Source of the DNA: an uncultured Erysipelothrix sp.
GTDB taxonomy: Bacteria > Bacillota_I > Bacilli_A > Erysipelotrichales > Erysipelotrichaceae
Assembly (NCBI GenBank): GCA_964458985.1
Contig: CAYWKT010000002.1
Coordinates: 1 to 39,201, forward strand
Length of the DNA stretch: 39,201 nt
Direction: 5' to 3'
Made by a program: the position numbers and the translations under genes. This document shows, in pieces, positions 9,819 to 19,123 of the stretch. Numbering within the stretch: the first letter of the stretch is position 1; each line of letters starts with the position of its first letter. Below the pieces are notes generated by a model that did not search any database, was not told the DNA's origin, and worked only from the letters and a program-made list of their open reading frames with translations.

Positions 9819-10133
9819 TTATTCTATTTCTTCAAGTTTTTTTACGATTTTACTCACTTCATCAATATTCAAGTTAGTAAGTTTGTCATATTGAATTTGA
9901 CGTTTTTCAAATTTCGCAAAAACTTTTAATTTTTCTTCATACTGCAACAATAATTCTTCGGACCTTTTAATCGCATCATGGATAGCTGCGCGACTTACCC
10001 CTTGGTTATTTGCTATTTCTGAAAGTGATAAATCATCTTGATAATAATTCTCCATTATACTTCTTTGCTTATCGGTTAATAGTGTACCATACCAAGCATA
10101 TAAATTGTTGAAAAGTTCGTTATTTTCTAACAT
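9819..10133 (-). CDS. ylxM: YlxM/p13-like putative DNA-binding protein (UPF0122)
   Basis: The conserved core is LYAWYGTLLTDKQRSIMENYYQDDLSLSEIANNQGVSRAAIHDAIKR. I place the start at the ATG at 10133 (MLENNE), inside the ftsY 3' end. The 28 extra N-terminal codons in the ORF track lie within ftsY and look spurious. Confidence 0.8.
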   Translation of the reverse strand: MLENNELFNNLYAWYGTLLTDKQRSIMENYYQDDLSLSEIANNQGVSRAAIHDAIKRSEELLLQYEEKLKVFAKFEKRQIQYDKLTNLNIDEVSKIVKKLEEIE

Positions 10134-11091
10134 TTTCAAGCCCTGAAGCAATACTATATAAATAACTATCAATATCAAATTCGGCGATGTCTTCCGGCTT
10201 TTCACCAATTCCGACAAATACGACTGGAATTTTTAAAACGTTTTTAATTCCAACAATAATTCCACCCTTTGCCGTACCATCCATTTTCGATAAAATTATT
10301 CCATTAACGTCAGTCGACTCTAAGAATACTTCTGCTTGTGATAGTCCATTTTGTCCAGTTGTAGCATCAATGACTAACCATACTGCATGTGGTGCACCTG
10401 GAATTTCACGTTCAATGACACGATGCATCTTTTCTAACTCATTCATTAAATTTTTCTTACTTTGAAGACGGCCCGCTGTATCAACGAGTAAGATGTCTAT
10501 GTCATTATCTTTTGCATAACGACAACCATCAACGATTGCCGCACTTGGATCTCCGTTTTCAATACCTTTGATTACTGGTATGTCTAAACGCTCACCCCAA
10601 CGTGCTAATTGATCAATCGCACCTGCTCTAAACGTATCTGCCGCAACTGCCGCAACTTTATGACCTTCATTTTTATACTTTTGCATTAACTTAGCACAAC
10701 TTGTCGTCTTACCACTACCGTTAACGCCAACTAGAAGAATAACTTTTACTCCATCATTATTAATAAAAGTAAAGTTATCTTCATCTTCACCATAAATTTT
10801 ACCCATACTTTCAATGACAAAATCCATTACAGTTTTAAAGTCATGAATAAAATATTGACTATTGTATTCTTTTAGTCCGACAACGATATTATCCGCTGTT
10901 TCATAGCCAATATCACTCTCTAAAAGCATTATCATTAACTCTTCTAAAAAGTCTGCATCAACACGTCTAAACTTTTTTTGTAGTTTTGCCGCACCAACTG
11001 AGAAGTTATCACTCGTACGTTTAAAACCACTTAAATGTTCTTCTTTTGATTTACCTAAAACTTTATTTTTTAACTTATTAAGAAAGCCCAT
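10120..11091 (-). CDS. ftsY: Signal recognition particle receptor FtsY
   Basis: 323 aa. SRP-GTPase motifs are GVNGSGKTTSCAKL, DTAGR and SKMDGTAKGG. Confidence 0.95.
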   Translation of the reverse strand: MGFLNKLKNKVLGKSKEEHLSGFKRTSDNFSVGAAKLQKKFRRVDADFLEELMIMLLESDIGYETADNIVVGLKEYNSQYFIHDFKTVMDFVIESMGKIYGEDEDNFTFINNDGVKVILLVGVNGSGKTTSCAKLMQKYKNEGHKVAAVAADTFRAGAIDQLARWGERLDIPVIKGIENGDPSAAIVDGCRYAKDNDIDILLVDTAGRLQSKKNLMNELEKMHRVIEREIPGAPHAVWLVIDATTGQNGLSQAEVFLESTDVNGIILSKMDGTAKGGIIVGIKNVLKIPVVFVGIGEKPEDIAEFDIDSYLYSIASGLENVRK

Positions 11092-14023
11092 CTATATTCA
11101 CCTCTTCTGCGAAATTTTTCGCTTCTTTTAATTGAACCTTTAACATTTGTGAGACACCTTGAATTGGCATCGTCACCCCATATAAGACATCAACTTTAGC
11201 CATTGTCCCTGGACGGTGTGTAACGACGATAAATTGTGTGTCTTTACTAAACTCTGATAAGAAGTTTGAGAATCGCTCAACGTTCGCTTGATCAAGCGCC
11301 GCCTCGACTTCATCAAATATACAAAGTGGAACAGGTCTCGCTTTTAATATTGCGAATAAAACTGAAATCGCAATTAACGCTTTTTCTCCTCCTGAGAATA
11401 AGCGAATATTTTGAACGTTCTTACCTGGTGGTTTTACATCAATATCAATTCCAGTATTTAATAAATCTTCAGGATCTTCAAGAATTAAGTTTGCACTTCC
11501 GCCACCAAATAGTTGGCTAAAGACATCTTGTAGTTCATTATTGATTTTATGAAACATTGATTCAAACTCAGTCGTCATTACTTCATCCATTTCATCGATT
11601 ACACTTAATAATTGATCACGTGATCCAACTAAGTCTTTATATTGATGATCGATGAACTCATAACGCTCACTAACTTCAATGTACTCCTCAGGTGCACTCA
11701 TATTAACGTTACCTAAGTCTTCGATTTCACGACGTAGATCCGCAACTGCCGAGCGATCATCTTTGAATTCACTATGTTCATATTCACTTTTCGCATTTTC
11801 ATATGTCAATTGGTATTCTGAAGCTAAGCGTTGTAAGTCACTATCAACTTTAGTTTCAGCACGAACAATGTCTAACTTCAATGCATTTAAGTTTTCTAAA
11901 GTATCTTTATATTCATTTTTAATTTGTCTTATTTGAACTTCACGACGTTCAATTTCATTTGAAATTTGATACTTCTCATTATTTTTTGTCTTAATTAAAA
12001 CGTTCATTTCATCTCGTTTTACATAATTTTGATTTAATAAAGTAATTAGTTCATCACTAAAGTTTATTTCTTCATTATCAATCATCGTATGTGGCGCAAG
12101 TAGTTCTAACTCATTTTGAAGTCTTTCATACGTCGCACGTTTTGCATCAAGTACTGGCTCAAGTTGCGCAATTTGAATTCGATGATTCATTAATGATGAT
12201 TCAATTTGAACTTTACTCGTATTAATCGTATTAGCCACGTTTTGATATTTAAGTTGTAGTTCATTGTTTGCTTGAATTTTTTCTAATACATCATCTAACT
12301 CTTTTTGCATCGTTAACGGTGAGTTATTATCACGTAATGATCCACCAGTTAAAGACCCACCAGTATTAATGATTTCACCTTCTAATGTTACAACTTTATA
12401 GCGATACTGTAGGCGCTTCGCGATTTCTTGTGCATTGATTAGTGTATCTGCAATGACTGTATTGTTTAATAATGACATGACGACATTATCAAAGATTTCC
12501 TCATTGACGACAAAGTCACTACCTAAACCTAAGAATCCATCACTATTGTTTAAGATTATTTCATCTTCATGACGAACATAACGTGGTTTTAAGATCGTAA
12601 GTGGTAAAAATGTCGCACGACCACTTCGGTTTTTCTTTAAGAAGTTGACGGCTTCACGTGAACTTCTTTCGTCTTTAGTTACGATAAAGTACATTGAGCC
12701 CCCAAGTGCCGTTGAAATTGCTTGTTCATAGCCATCATCTGGTGTCAGTAAATTTGAGACGACATCGTAAATTCCATCAATACTATTTTTAGCTTTGATA
12801 ATTGCATTTACACCTTGGTGTTGTCTAAATGGTTGCTCCAGCATCGTTTTTAGTACTTGTTCACGATTGTGTAGTCTTCTTAAGACTAAACTAACTTCAT
12901 TTAAACTTTGATTATGTTTAATTTGCTTATCTAAAGTTAAGTCTAATTGTTGGTTTAATTGCTTAACATCGACATTAACTTCCTCGATTCGTGATTTACG
13001 ATCTTCATATTCAAATTTAGCTTCCTTTAAAAGAGATTTTAACTGTTCTGCTTTTACTTCATTATTTGCGGTTTCTAGTAAATATTTACGTTTTTCATCA
13101 ATCTCAATTCTTCTTGTTTCTAAAGTTTGAATCTCACTCGCAACCTCTAAGATACCATTTTGTAGTTGCGTAATTTCTCGATCTAGTGTTCTTACTTCAG
13201 ATCGACTTTCACTAATCGCTAAATCATGAACGTTAACTGATGTTTCAAAAACCGCATAATCAGATTGAAATTTTTCTAATTGATTATTTAAGTTTTCTAA
13301 CTCTTCAGTAAAGTATGTAATATCCGAAACTAAAACTGCGATTTCTATTTCTTCTAATTTCGCTCGAAGTTCGCGATATTTTAGTGCTTTGTTTTTCGCA
13401 CGCTCTAGCGGTTTAACTTGACGTGATAACTCATTTAAAATATCATAAACACGTTCTAAGTTATCTTGTGTTCTTGATAGTTTTGATAATGATTCATTTT
13501 TACGTTTCTTATATTTTGAAACTCCGGCTGCCTCTTCAAATAAAGCACGACGATCAACTGGTCTTGCCTCCGCAAACGTACTAATATTACCCTGCGAGAT
13601 CATACTTAAAGAATCACGTCCGATACCGGTATCCATTATTAAATCTTGAATATCACGTAATCGAACTGGAGTCTTATTTATAAAGTATTCACCTTCACTA
13701 TTTTCACGATGAATTCGACGAGTTATTTCAATCTCATTATACTCACTATTTAAAAAGTTATTTTCATTATTAAAAACTAGTGTTACTTCTGCGAGGTTTA
13801 CCGTCTTACGTGCACCAGAACCTGAAAATATTACGTCACTCATACTACTTCCACGTAATGATTTGGCTGATTGCTCACCTAAGACCCAACGGATTGCATC
13901 TGTTATATTGGATTTACCACAACCATTTGGACCTACGATACCTGTAATAGGCTCATTAAAGTCAATTACTACTTTATCGGCAAATGATTTGAATCCTTGC
14001 ATTTCGATTTTCTTGAGGAACAT
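11078..14023 (-). CDS. smc: Chromosome partition protein SMC (short, ~981-aa form)
   Basis: The N-terminal head is MFLKKIEMQGFKSFADK..GPNGCGKSN. Long coiled coils follow, with a hinge near GVNAIIKAKNSIDGIYD. The C-terminal head has LFSGGEKALIAISVLFAI and CIFDEVEAALD. The ATG at 14023 is preceded by GGAAAGGGG. The track start at 14068 lies upstream of the predicted -10. Confidence 0.93.
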   Translation of the reverse strand: MFLKKIEMQGFKSFADKVVIDFNEPITGIVGPNGCGKSNITDAIRWVLGEQSAKSLRGSSMSDVIFSGSGARKTVNLAEVTLVFNNENNFLNSEYNEIEITRRIHRENSEGEYFINKTPVRLRDIQDLIMDTGIGRDSLSMISQGNISTFAEARPVDRRALFEEAAGVSKYKKRKNESLSKLSRTQDNLERVYDILNELSRQVKPLERAKNKALKYRELRAKLEEIEIAVLVSDITYFTEELENLNNQLEKFQSDYAVFETSVNVHDLAISESRSEVRTLDREITQLQNGILEVASEIQTLETRRIEIDEKRKYLLETANNEVKAEQLKSLLKEAKFEYEDRKSRIEEVNVDVKQLNQQLDLTLDKQIKHNQSLNEVSLVLRRLHNREQVLKTMLEQPFRQHQGVNAIIKAKNSIDGIYDVVSNLLTPDDGYEQAISTALGGSMYFIVTKDERSSREAVNFLKKNRSGRATFLPLTILKPRYVRHEDEIILNNSDGFLGLGSDFVVNEEIFDNVVMSLLNNTVIADTLINAQEIAKRLQYRYKVVTLEGEIINTGGSLTGGSLRDNNSPLTMQKELDDVLEKIQANNELQLKYQNVANTINTSKVQIESSLMNHRIQIAQLEPVLDAKRATYERLQNELELLAPHTMIDNEEINFSDELITLLNQNYVKRDEMNVLIKTKNNEKYQISNEIERREVQIRQIKNEYKDTLENLNALKLDIVRAETKVDSDLQRLASEYQLTYENAKSEYEHSEFKDDRSAVADLRREIEDLGNVNMSAPEEYIEVSERYEFIDHQYKDLVGSRDQLLSVIDEMDEVMTTEFESMFHKINNELQDVFSQLFGGGSANLILEDPEDLLNTGIDIDVKPPGKNVQNIRLFSGGEKALIAISVLFAILKARPVPLCIFDEVEAALDQANVERFSNFLSEFSKDTQFIVVTHRPGTMAKVDVLYGVTMPIQGVSQMLKVQLKEAKNFAEEVNIDGLS

Positions 14024-14059
14024 TCTTATCCCCTTTCCAAAATAATTTACATCCTTACC

Positions 14060-14065
14060 ATTATA
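14060..14065 (-). promoter_or_regulatory. Candidate -10 hexamer (TATAAT) for smc
   Basis: The minus strand reads tttattgTATAATggtaagg about 37 nt upstream of the smc ATG, with a weak -35-like TTTATA 17 nt further up. Confidence 0.4.
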
Positions 14066-14197
14066 CAATAAACTATGAAATTTATAAACTAAATACGTGT
14101 ATCAAATAAGTACTTATACGATATTTAAAGGAGTTTATATTGTTTTTAATATTTGAGATAAAAATAAACTTTTTACAAACTAACTGTATAAAAACAT

Positions 14198-14238
14198 AAA
14201 AAAAGATGATTAACACAATTGAGTGAAATCATCTTCTT
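14198..14238 (-). terminator. Rho-independent terminator after hup
   Basis: Minus-strand stem AAGAUGAUU ... AAUCAUCUU (9 bp) is followed by a run of U residues and lies 18 nt after the hup stop. Confidence 0.65.
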
Positions 14239-14255
14239 AATATATTTATTTATTA

Positions 14256-14543
14256 TTATTCGTTAACTGCATCTTTTAAAGCTTTTGCTGCTCTAAATGC
14301 TGGTGAGTTAGAAGCTTTAATAGTAATTCTTTCTTTAGTTGCAGGGTTGATACCTGGACGTTCTGGACGGTGTCTAACTTCAAACTTACCAAATCCACTT
14401 AACTCTACAGTACCACCTTCAGCTAATACTTCTGTAAATTGATCTAAGATAAAGTTTACGATATCCGCTGATTCTTTTTTTGTTTTATCAAATTGTTCTG
14501 CTATATTATCAGATAATGCTTTTTTATTTAAAATTGTACTCAT
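14256..14543 (-). CDS. hup: Nucleoid protein HU (DNA-binding protein HU/IHF family)
   Basis: 95 aa. It contains GFGKFEVRHRPERPGINPATKERITIKASNSPAFRAAKALKDAV, the classic HU beta-arm. Confidence 0.93.
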   Translation of the reverse strand: MSTILNKKALSDNIAEQFDKTKKESADIVNFILDQFTEVLAEGGTVELSGFGKFEVRHRPERPGINPATKERITIKASNSPAFRAAKALKDAVNE

Positions 14544-14607
14544 ATATAATTACCTCCATTTCTTACTTTATTCTAACACTTTAAGCGTAATTACACAACC
14601 TATTATA

Positions 14608-15606
14608 CTAATTACTATTTATCGATTCGCTTTTCAACTCACGACGCATCAGTTTCTTAATCGTATCTGAAACATCAGCTTCTTCATATAAAATGTTGTA
14701 TACAGACTCACAAATTGGCATTACTACATCATACTCATCCGCAAGACGCATAACTTCTTTTACGGCCTTGGCACCTTCAACTGTCGTATGATTATTTTCT
14801 TTAAAATATTCAACCCCGTATTTACCAATCTCAAATCCGGCTTTATTATTTCGTGAATGTTCACTCGTTGCTGTAACTATTAAGTCACCAACTCCAGTTA
14901 AACCAATAAATGTCTCTAAATTTCCACCCATTTTAATTCCTAAACGACTAATTTCAGTTAGTCCGCGAGTAATTAATCCAGCAAGTGCATTGTCTCCAAG
15001 TCCAATTCCTTGAATAATTCCACTTCCGATTGCAATGACATTTTTAATTGCAGCTCCAACTTCAGCCCCAATAACATCATCACTCGTATAAACTCTAAAA
15101 TAATCATTTGAAAATATTAATTGAACGACATTACGTGCTTCTTCATCATCAGAAACTGAGACGATCGCCGTTTCAAGACGTAAAACAACTTCCTCAGCAT
15201 GTGTAGGTCCAACAAGTGAGACAATTGCCTTAACTAACTCTGGCTTAATTAAGCGTTTAATCGCAACTGATAAGCGCTCTCCAGTCTCTGGAAAGAATCC
15301 TTTCGAAACGTTAATAATTATTTTTTCAGAATCGAAATTATCATTAATTAGTGTTGCAATTGATGAAAGTGCACTAGTCGGCGTTGCAAGTAGTAAAATA
15401 TCGCAATCTTTTAAATCTTTTATGTTATTTGTCGCTTTAATTTTATCACTTAGTATCGTATCAAAATATTTAATTTTGTGGTCTTCATTAATACTATTAA
15501 CTTCATCAATATCACGACCCCATATTATTACTTGATTCTCATTATCACACAATACTTGAGCTAGAGCTACTCCCCAACTTCCACTTCCAATAACTCCTAC
15601 AAACAT
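14608..15606 (-). CDS. gpsA: NAD(P)H-dependent glycerol-3-phosphate dehydrogenase
   Basis: 332 aa. It has the Rossmann motif VIGSGSWGVALA, plus VSKGF, GPTHAEEV and KNVIAIGSGI. Confidence 0.93.
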   Translation of the reverse strand: MFVGVIGSGSWGVALAQVLCDNENQVIIWGRDIDEVNSINEDHKIKYFDTILSDKIKATNNIKDLKDCDILLLATPTSALSSIATLINDNFDSEKIIINVSKGFFPETGERLSVAIKRLIKPELVKAIVSLVGPTHAEEVVLRLETAIVSVSDDEEARNVVQLIFSNDYFRVYTSDDVIGAEVGAAIKNVIAIGSGIIQGIGLGDNALAGLITRGLTEISRLGIKMGGNLETFIGLTGVGDLIVTATSEHSRNNKAGFEIGKYGVEYFKENNHTTVEGAKAVKEVMRLADEYDVVMPICESVYNILYEEADVSDTIKKLMRRELKSESINSN

Positions 15607-16923
15607 TTACTCACTCCTTTTACGAGCAATTATTCTGATAGGTGTACCATCAAAAATGAAGGCTTCTCTTAAACGGTTTTCTAAATAACGTTTGTACGAG
15701 AAGTGAACTAAATTTTCATCATTTACAAATAGAACAAACGTTGGCGGTACTGTCGCAACTTGTGTCGTATAATAGATTCGTAAGCGTCGACCATTATGAA
15801 TTGGTGGTGGACTCATTACTTGTGCATCTAACATAACTTCATTTAAGACAGCAGTCGATATACGACGGTGACTATTTTCATATAACTCTTTAACAAGTGG
15901 TAGAATACGATTAACTCGCTGTCCTGTCAGCGATGATATGAAGACGACTGGCGCATAGCGTAAGTATACAAACTCATTTCTGATTTGCTCAGTCTTCTCA
16001 TGAATATCCTTCTCATCAGGATCTACTGTATCCCATTTGTTATAAGCAATAATAATCGGCTTACCTGCATTTACGGCATATCCCGCAACTGTTTTATCTT
16101 GTTCTAAGATTCCGCGTTCACCATCAATTACAAAGACGATAACATCAGCCTTATCAATTGCGCTCATCGCTCTTAAAACCGAATATTTTTCAATGTTTTC
16201 GTAAACTTTACCACGTTTTCTAATACCTGCCGTATCAACTACGACAAACTCTTCGCCAGATTCATTATCAATAAATCTAGTATCGATCGCATCACGTGTC
16301 GTTCCTTCAACATCACTTACAATTACACGTTCTTCTTTTAAAATTTGATTGACTAAAGTTGATTTACCAACGTTAGGACGACCGATAATCGCAAATCTAA
16401 TTGCGTCATCATCTCCAACTGGTTCATTATTTTCTAATGATTTAACGACGGCATCTAAGACGTCCCCACTTCCAATTCCATGCTCACCTGAGACAGCAAT
16501 TGGATCGCCTAAACCTAAGTTGTAGAACTCATAAATATTATTTAAATGTTCATGGTCATCTATCTTATTTACCGCAAGAATGATTTTTTTACCACTTTCT
16601 CTAAGTAGTGTTGCAATATGATAGTCATCGTTTTGAACTCCGACCATACCATCTACGACAAAAATAATCGTATCGGCTTCATCAATTGCGATATCAACTT
16701 GCATATTTATTTCTTCTTGAAAACTTGCGTCTTCTAATTGAATACCACCTGTATCAATTAAATTAAATTTACGCGTTAGCCATTCGACTTGGGCATAAAT
16801 CCGATCTCTTGTAACACCTGGTGTATCTTCAACGATTGAAACTCGCTCACCGAGAAAACGGTTGAAAATTGTTGATTTACCAACGTTTGGACGACCAACA
16901 ACTGCGACTGTTCCACTAATCAT
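15607..16923 (-). CDS. der: Ribosome-associated GTPase Der (EngA), tandem GTPase domains plus KH-like domain
   Basis: It has two G-domains, each with GRPNVGKST and DTGG/DTAG. The ATG at 16923 is preceded by AGGTGA at 5-nt spacing. The track's GTG at 16932 is less likely. Confidence 0.95.
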   Translation of the reverse strand: MISGTVAVVGRPNVGKSTIFNRFLGERVSIVEDTPGVTRDRIYAQVEWLTRKFNLIDTGGIQLEDASFQEEINMQVDIAIDEADTIIFVVDGMVGVQNDDYHIATLLRESGKKIILAVNKIDDHEHLNNIYEFYNLGLGDPIAVSGEHGIGSGDVLDAVVKSLENNEPVGDDDAIRFAIIGRPNVGKSTLVNQILKEERVIVSDVEGTTRDAIDTRFIDNESGEEFVVVDTAGIRKRGKVYENIEKYSVLRAMSAIDKADVIVFVIDGERGILEQDKTVAGYAVNAGKPIIIAYNKWDTVDPDEKDIHEKTEQIRNEFVYLRYAPVVFISSLTGQRVNRILPLVKELYENSHRRISTAVLNEVMLDAQVMSPPPIHNGRRLRIYYTTQVATVPPTFVLFVNDENLVHFSYKRYLENRLREAFIFDGTPIRIIARKRSE

Positions 16924-17587
16924 TACAATCACCTATCTTTTTATCTATAATTTGTGAAATGGCTTCAACCACTTCATCAATATTCATATAACTAACATCA
17001 ACTAAAACTGCATCATCTGCCTGTTTTAAAGGCGAATGTTCACGGTTTTTATCTTGATAGTCACGTTTTACTACATCTTCTAAAATCTCATCATAATCGG
17101 CAGTGACACCTTTTGAAATATATTCATCATATCGACGTTTAGCTCGAACTTCACTACTAGCTTCTAAGTATATTTTTACTCTCGCATCTGGTAGAACGAC
17201 TGTCCCAATATCACGACCTTCTAATAAATAACCTAAGTCTTTAGCGATATCTTGTTGCAGGGCAACTAGTCTTTCTCTAACTTTTAAATGTTGCGATAAT
17301 TTACTTGCAAGCATTGCGATTTCATCAGTACGAATTTCATCAGAAACTAAATTTCCATTTAATTTCATTGAACCATCTTTTAACACTTCTAAATTCATGT
17401 CATCAAAAACTGATAAGACTTCATCTTCAATATTTTCATCTAAATTATTAACTTTAACTAAGTATCCAATGATACGGTACATTGCACCAGTGTCTAACTT
17501 AACTAAATTATATTTCTTTGCGATTATATTAGAAATAGTGCTTTTACCTGCCGCACTAGGCCCATCAATTGCAATATTAAACTCCAT
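16916..17587 (-). CDS. cmk: Cytidylate kinase
   Basis: 223 aa. Motifs are IAIDGPSAAGKST, DTGAMYR and EGRDIGTVVLP. Its ATG overlaps the upstream stop (TAATG). Confidence 0.93.
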   Translation of the reverse strand: MEFNIAIDGPSAAGKSTISNIIAKKYNLVKLDTGAMYRIIGYLVKVNNLDENIEDEVLSVFDDMNLEVLKDGSMKLNGNLVSDEIRTDEIAMLASKLSQHLKVRERLVALQQDIAKDLGYLLEGRDIGTVVLPDARVKIYLEASSEVRAKRRYDEYISKGVTADYDEILEDVVKRDYQDKNREHSPLKQADDAVLVDVSYMNIDEVVEAISQIIDKKIGDCND

Positions 17588-18534
17588 TATAAACCTCTCT
17601 CCTTAGAAACCCACCAAATACCATAAATGATAATTGCTAGAGTTGCCGCAAATACTAATACTAAAAGTAAATTTATTATATGATCAACTACAGTCTTCTT
17701 TGGTTTTGTGTCGACTACTTCTCTCTCTTGTAAGTCAAGTTTTAGATTTAGTGTATTCGTTAAATCTAGTAATTCATTTGACTTAAAGTCAGGCGCAATC
17801 TCGACAGTTTCACTTTGTATTTCATTATCAATAACTTCATTGTCACTCATAAGCTCTGAAAGTTTTAAAGCACTGGTTTCTATTTCATTAAAAACACTAG
17901 ATAGTTCCTCATCTTTTTTATCATCTAATGGGATAAATGAGAATACATCGACTTCTTCACTTTCAGTTTCTTCTGCATAATTATTATCAATCTCATTATC
18001 TAAATTATCGATAATCATTTGGATTTCTTGAGTAAGTTCACTCACAGACTCAAGCTCATAAGGTTCAATCTCTTTCTCATAAGTTGAATTATAATCTTCG
18101 TCTGTTTCGTTATTCAAGCTTTGAAGAATGTTCATTTGTGTATCTTGAACATTTCTTAAACCTCGATTAATGTTATATCTTTTAACTTCTTCAATAAAAT
18201 CATCTAATAAGTCGCGGTCATTAAGTAAATGCTCTTTTGTGATTATAGTTTCATTTGAATCGACTATTTCAGTTTCAATTACTGGCTCATTAACTATTGA
18301 AGGTTCTTCAACCTCTATAATTTCTTCAACTGGACTAATACTATGTAGATCATTAATAACAGTGTTTTCTAGATTACGATTTCTACGGCTTGCGATATAC
18401 TCTTCTTCACTCTTTGTGCGTGAAGTACGACGTTCAAAATCTCTTAAAGAAGCTTCTATAATTTCCGTATTGTTATCTTGAATTAAATCACTGTATAATT
18501 CTTTATTTTTTCTAACACGTGAAAATTGACTCAC
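17587..18534 (-). CDS. Hypothetical highly acidic protein with a single C-terminal transmembrane anchor
   Basis: 315 aa. GTG start 7 nt after a perfect AGGAGG. The body is low-complexity and rich in E/D/N/S/I. The only hydrophobic segment is IINLLLVLVFAATLAIIIYGIWWV at the extreme C-terminus. I recognise no family. Confidence 0.55.
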   Translation of the reverse strand: MSQFSRVRKNKELYSDLIQDNNTEIIEASLRDFERRTSRTKSEEEYIASRRNRNLENTVINDLHSISPVEEIIEVEEPSIVNEPVIETEIVDSNETIITKEHLLNDRDLLDDFIEEVKRYNINRGLRNVQDTQMNILQSLNNETDEDYNSTYEKEIEPYELESVSELTQEIQMIIDNLDNEIDNNYAEETESEEVDVFSFIPLDDKKDEELSSVFNEIETSALKLSELMSDNEVIDNEIQSETVEIAPDFKSNELLDLTNTLNLKLDLQEREVVDTKPKKTVVDHIINLLLVLVFAATLAIIIYGIWWVSKERGL

Positions 18535-18553
18535 TTAATTTCCTCCTAACTAA

Positions 18554-19111
18554 TTATGCTCTTGAACTATATTTCCCATCTTCAGTCGTTACTAATACAA
18601 CTTCATCTTGTTCAATGAATAATGGTACTCTAACTTCTAATCCTGTCTCAAGTTTAGCGTTTTTCTGTGCTGCTGTCGCTGTATCCCCTTTAACTGCAGG
18701 TTCTGTTTCAACAACTTGAAGTGCAACTTTATCTGGTAAGTTAACACCTAACATTTCTGATTCATACATAACTATTTCAACGTTAGAACTTTCTTTCATA
18801 AAGTTCATTTCCCATTCAACTTTTGATTTTGGAATTTCAATTTGCTCATAAGTTTCATTGTCCATTAATACTAAGTTTTCTCCATTATCATATAAGTATT
18901 GCATTTCACGTTTATCGATATGTGCACGTTTTGCTTTATCGCCACTTGTCCATGATAATTCAGTAATTGAACCAGTTCTTAAGTTTTTAACTTTCGTTTT
19001 GATACTCATTTGGCTTCGTGCTGTTTTATTGTTTGTTTTGTCTAATACTAATAAAATTTCTCCATCTAATAAAAATGTATTTCCTGCTCTTAAATCGTTA
19101 ATTAAAATCAT
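18554..19111 (-). CDS. efp: Translation elongation factor P with a non-canonical tip loop
   Basis: 185 aa and collinear with B. subtilis EF-P (MQYLYDNGE, VVETEPAVKGDTA, ETGLEVRVPLFI, SSRA end). The PGKG loop is replaced by KTARS. Confidence 0.9.
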   Translation of the reverse strand: MILINDLRAGNTFLLDGEILLVLDKTNNKTARSQMSIKTKVKNLRTGSITELSWTSGDKAKRAHIDKREMQYLYDNGENLVLMDNETYEQIEIPKSKVEWEMNFMKESSNVEIVMYESEMLGVNLPDKVALQVVETEPAVKGDTATAAQKNAKLETGLEVRVPLFIEQDEVVLVTTEDGKYSSRA

Positions 19112-19123
19112 TCTTTCTTCCTC

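Noticed and set aside
14024-14068. N-terminal extensions in the ORF track. These affect smc (to 14068), ylxM (to 10217), the APH-like gene (to 34629), comGA (to 23482), comGD (to 21443), ispG (from 26459), der (to 16932) and the helicase (to 29772).
   Set aside because: In each case an internal ATG or TTG with a properly spaced SD starts at the conserved N-terminus. The extensions run into the upstream gene, a promoter -10 element or a terminator hairpin.
14140-14199. A 19-codon plus-strand ORF (TTG start after AAAGGAG) in the hup-smc intergenic region.
   Set aside because: It is very short, has no recognisable peptide features, and runs into the hup terminator stem. The AAAGGAG is most simply chance in AT-rich spacer DNA.
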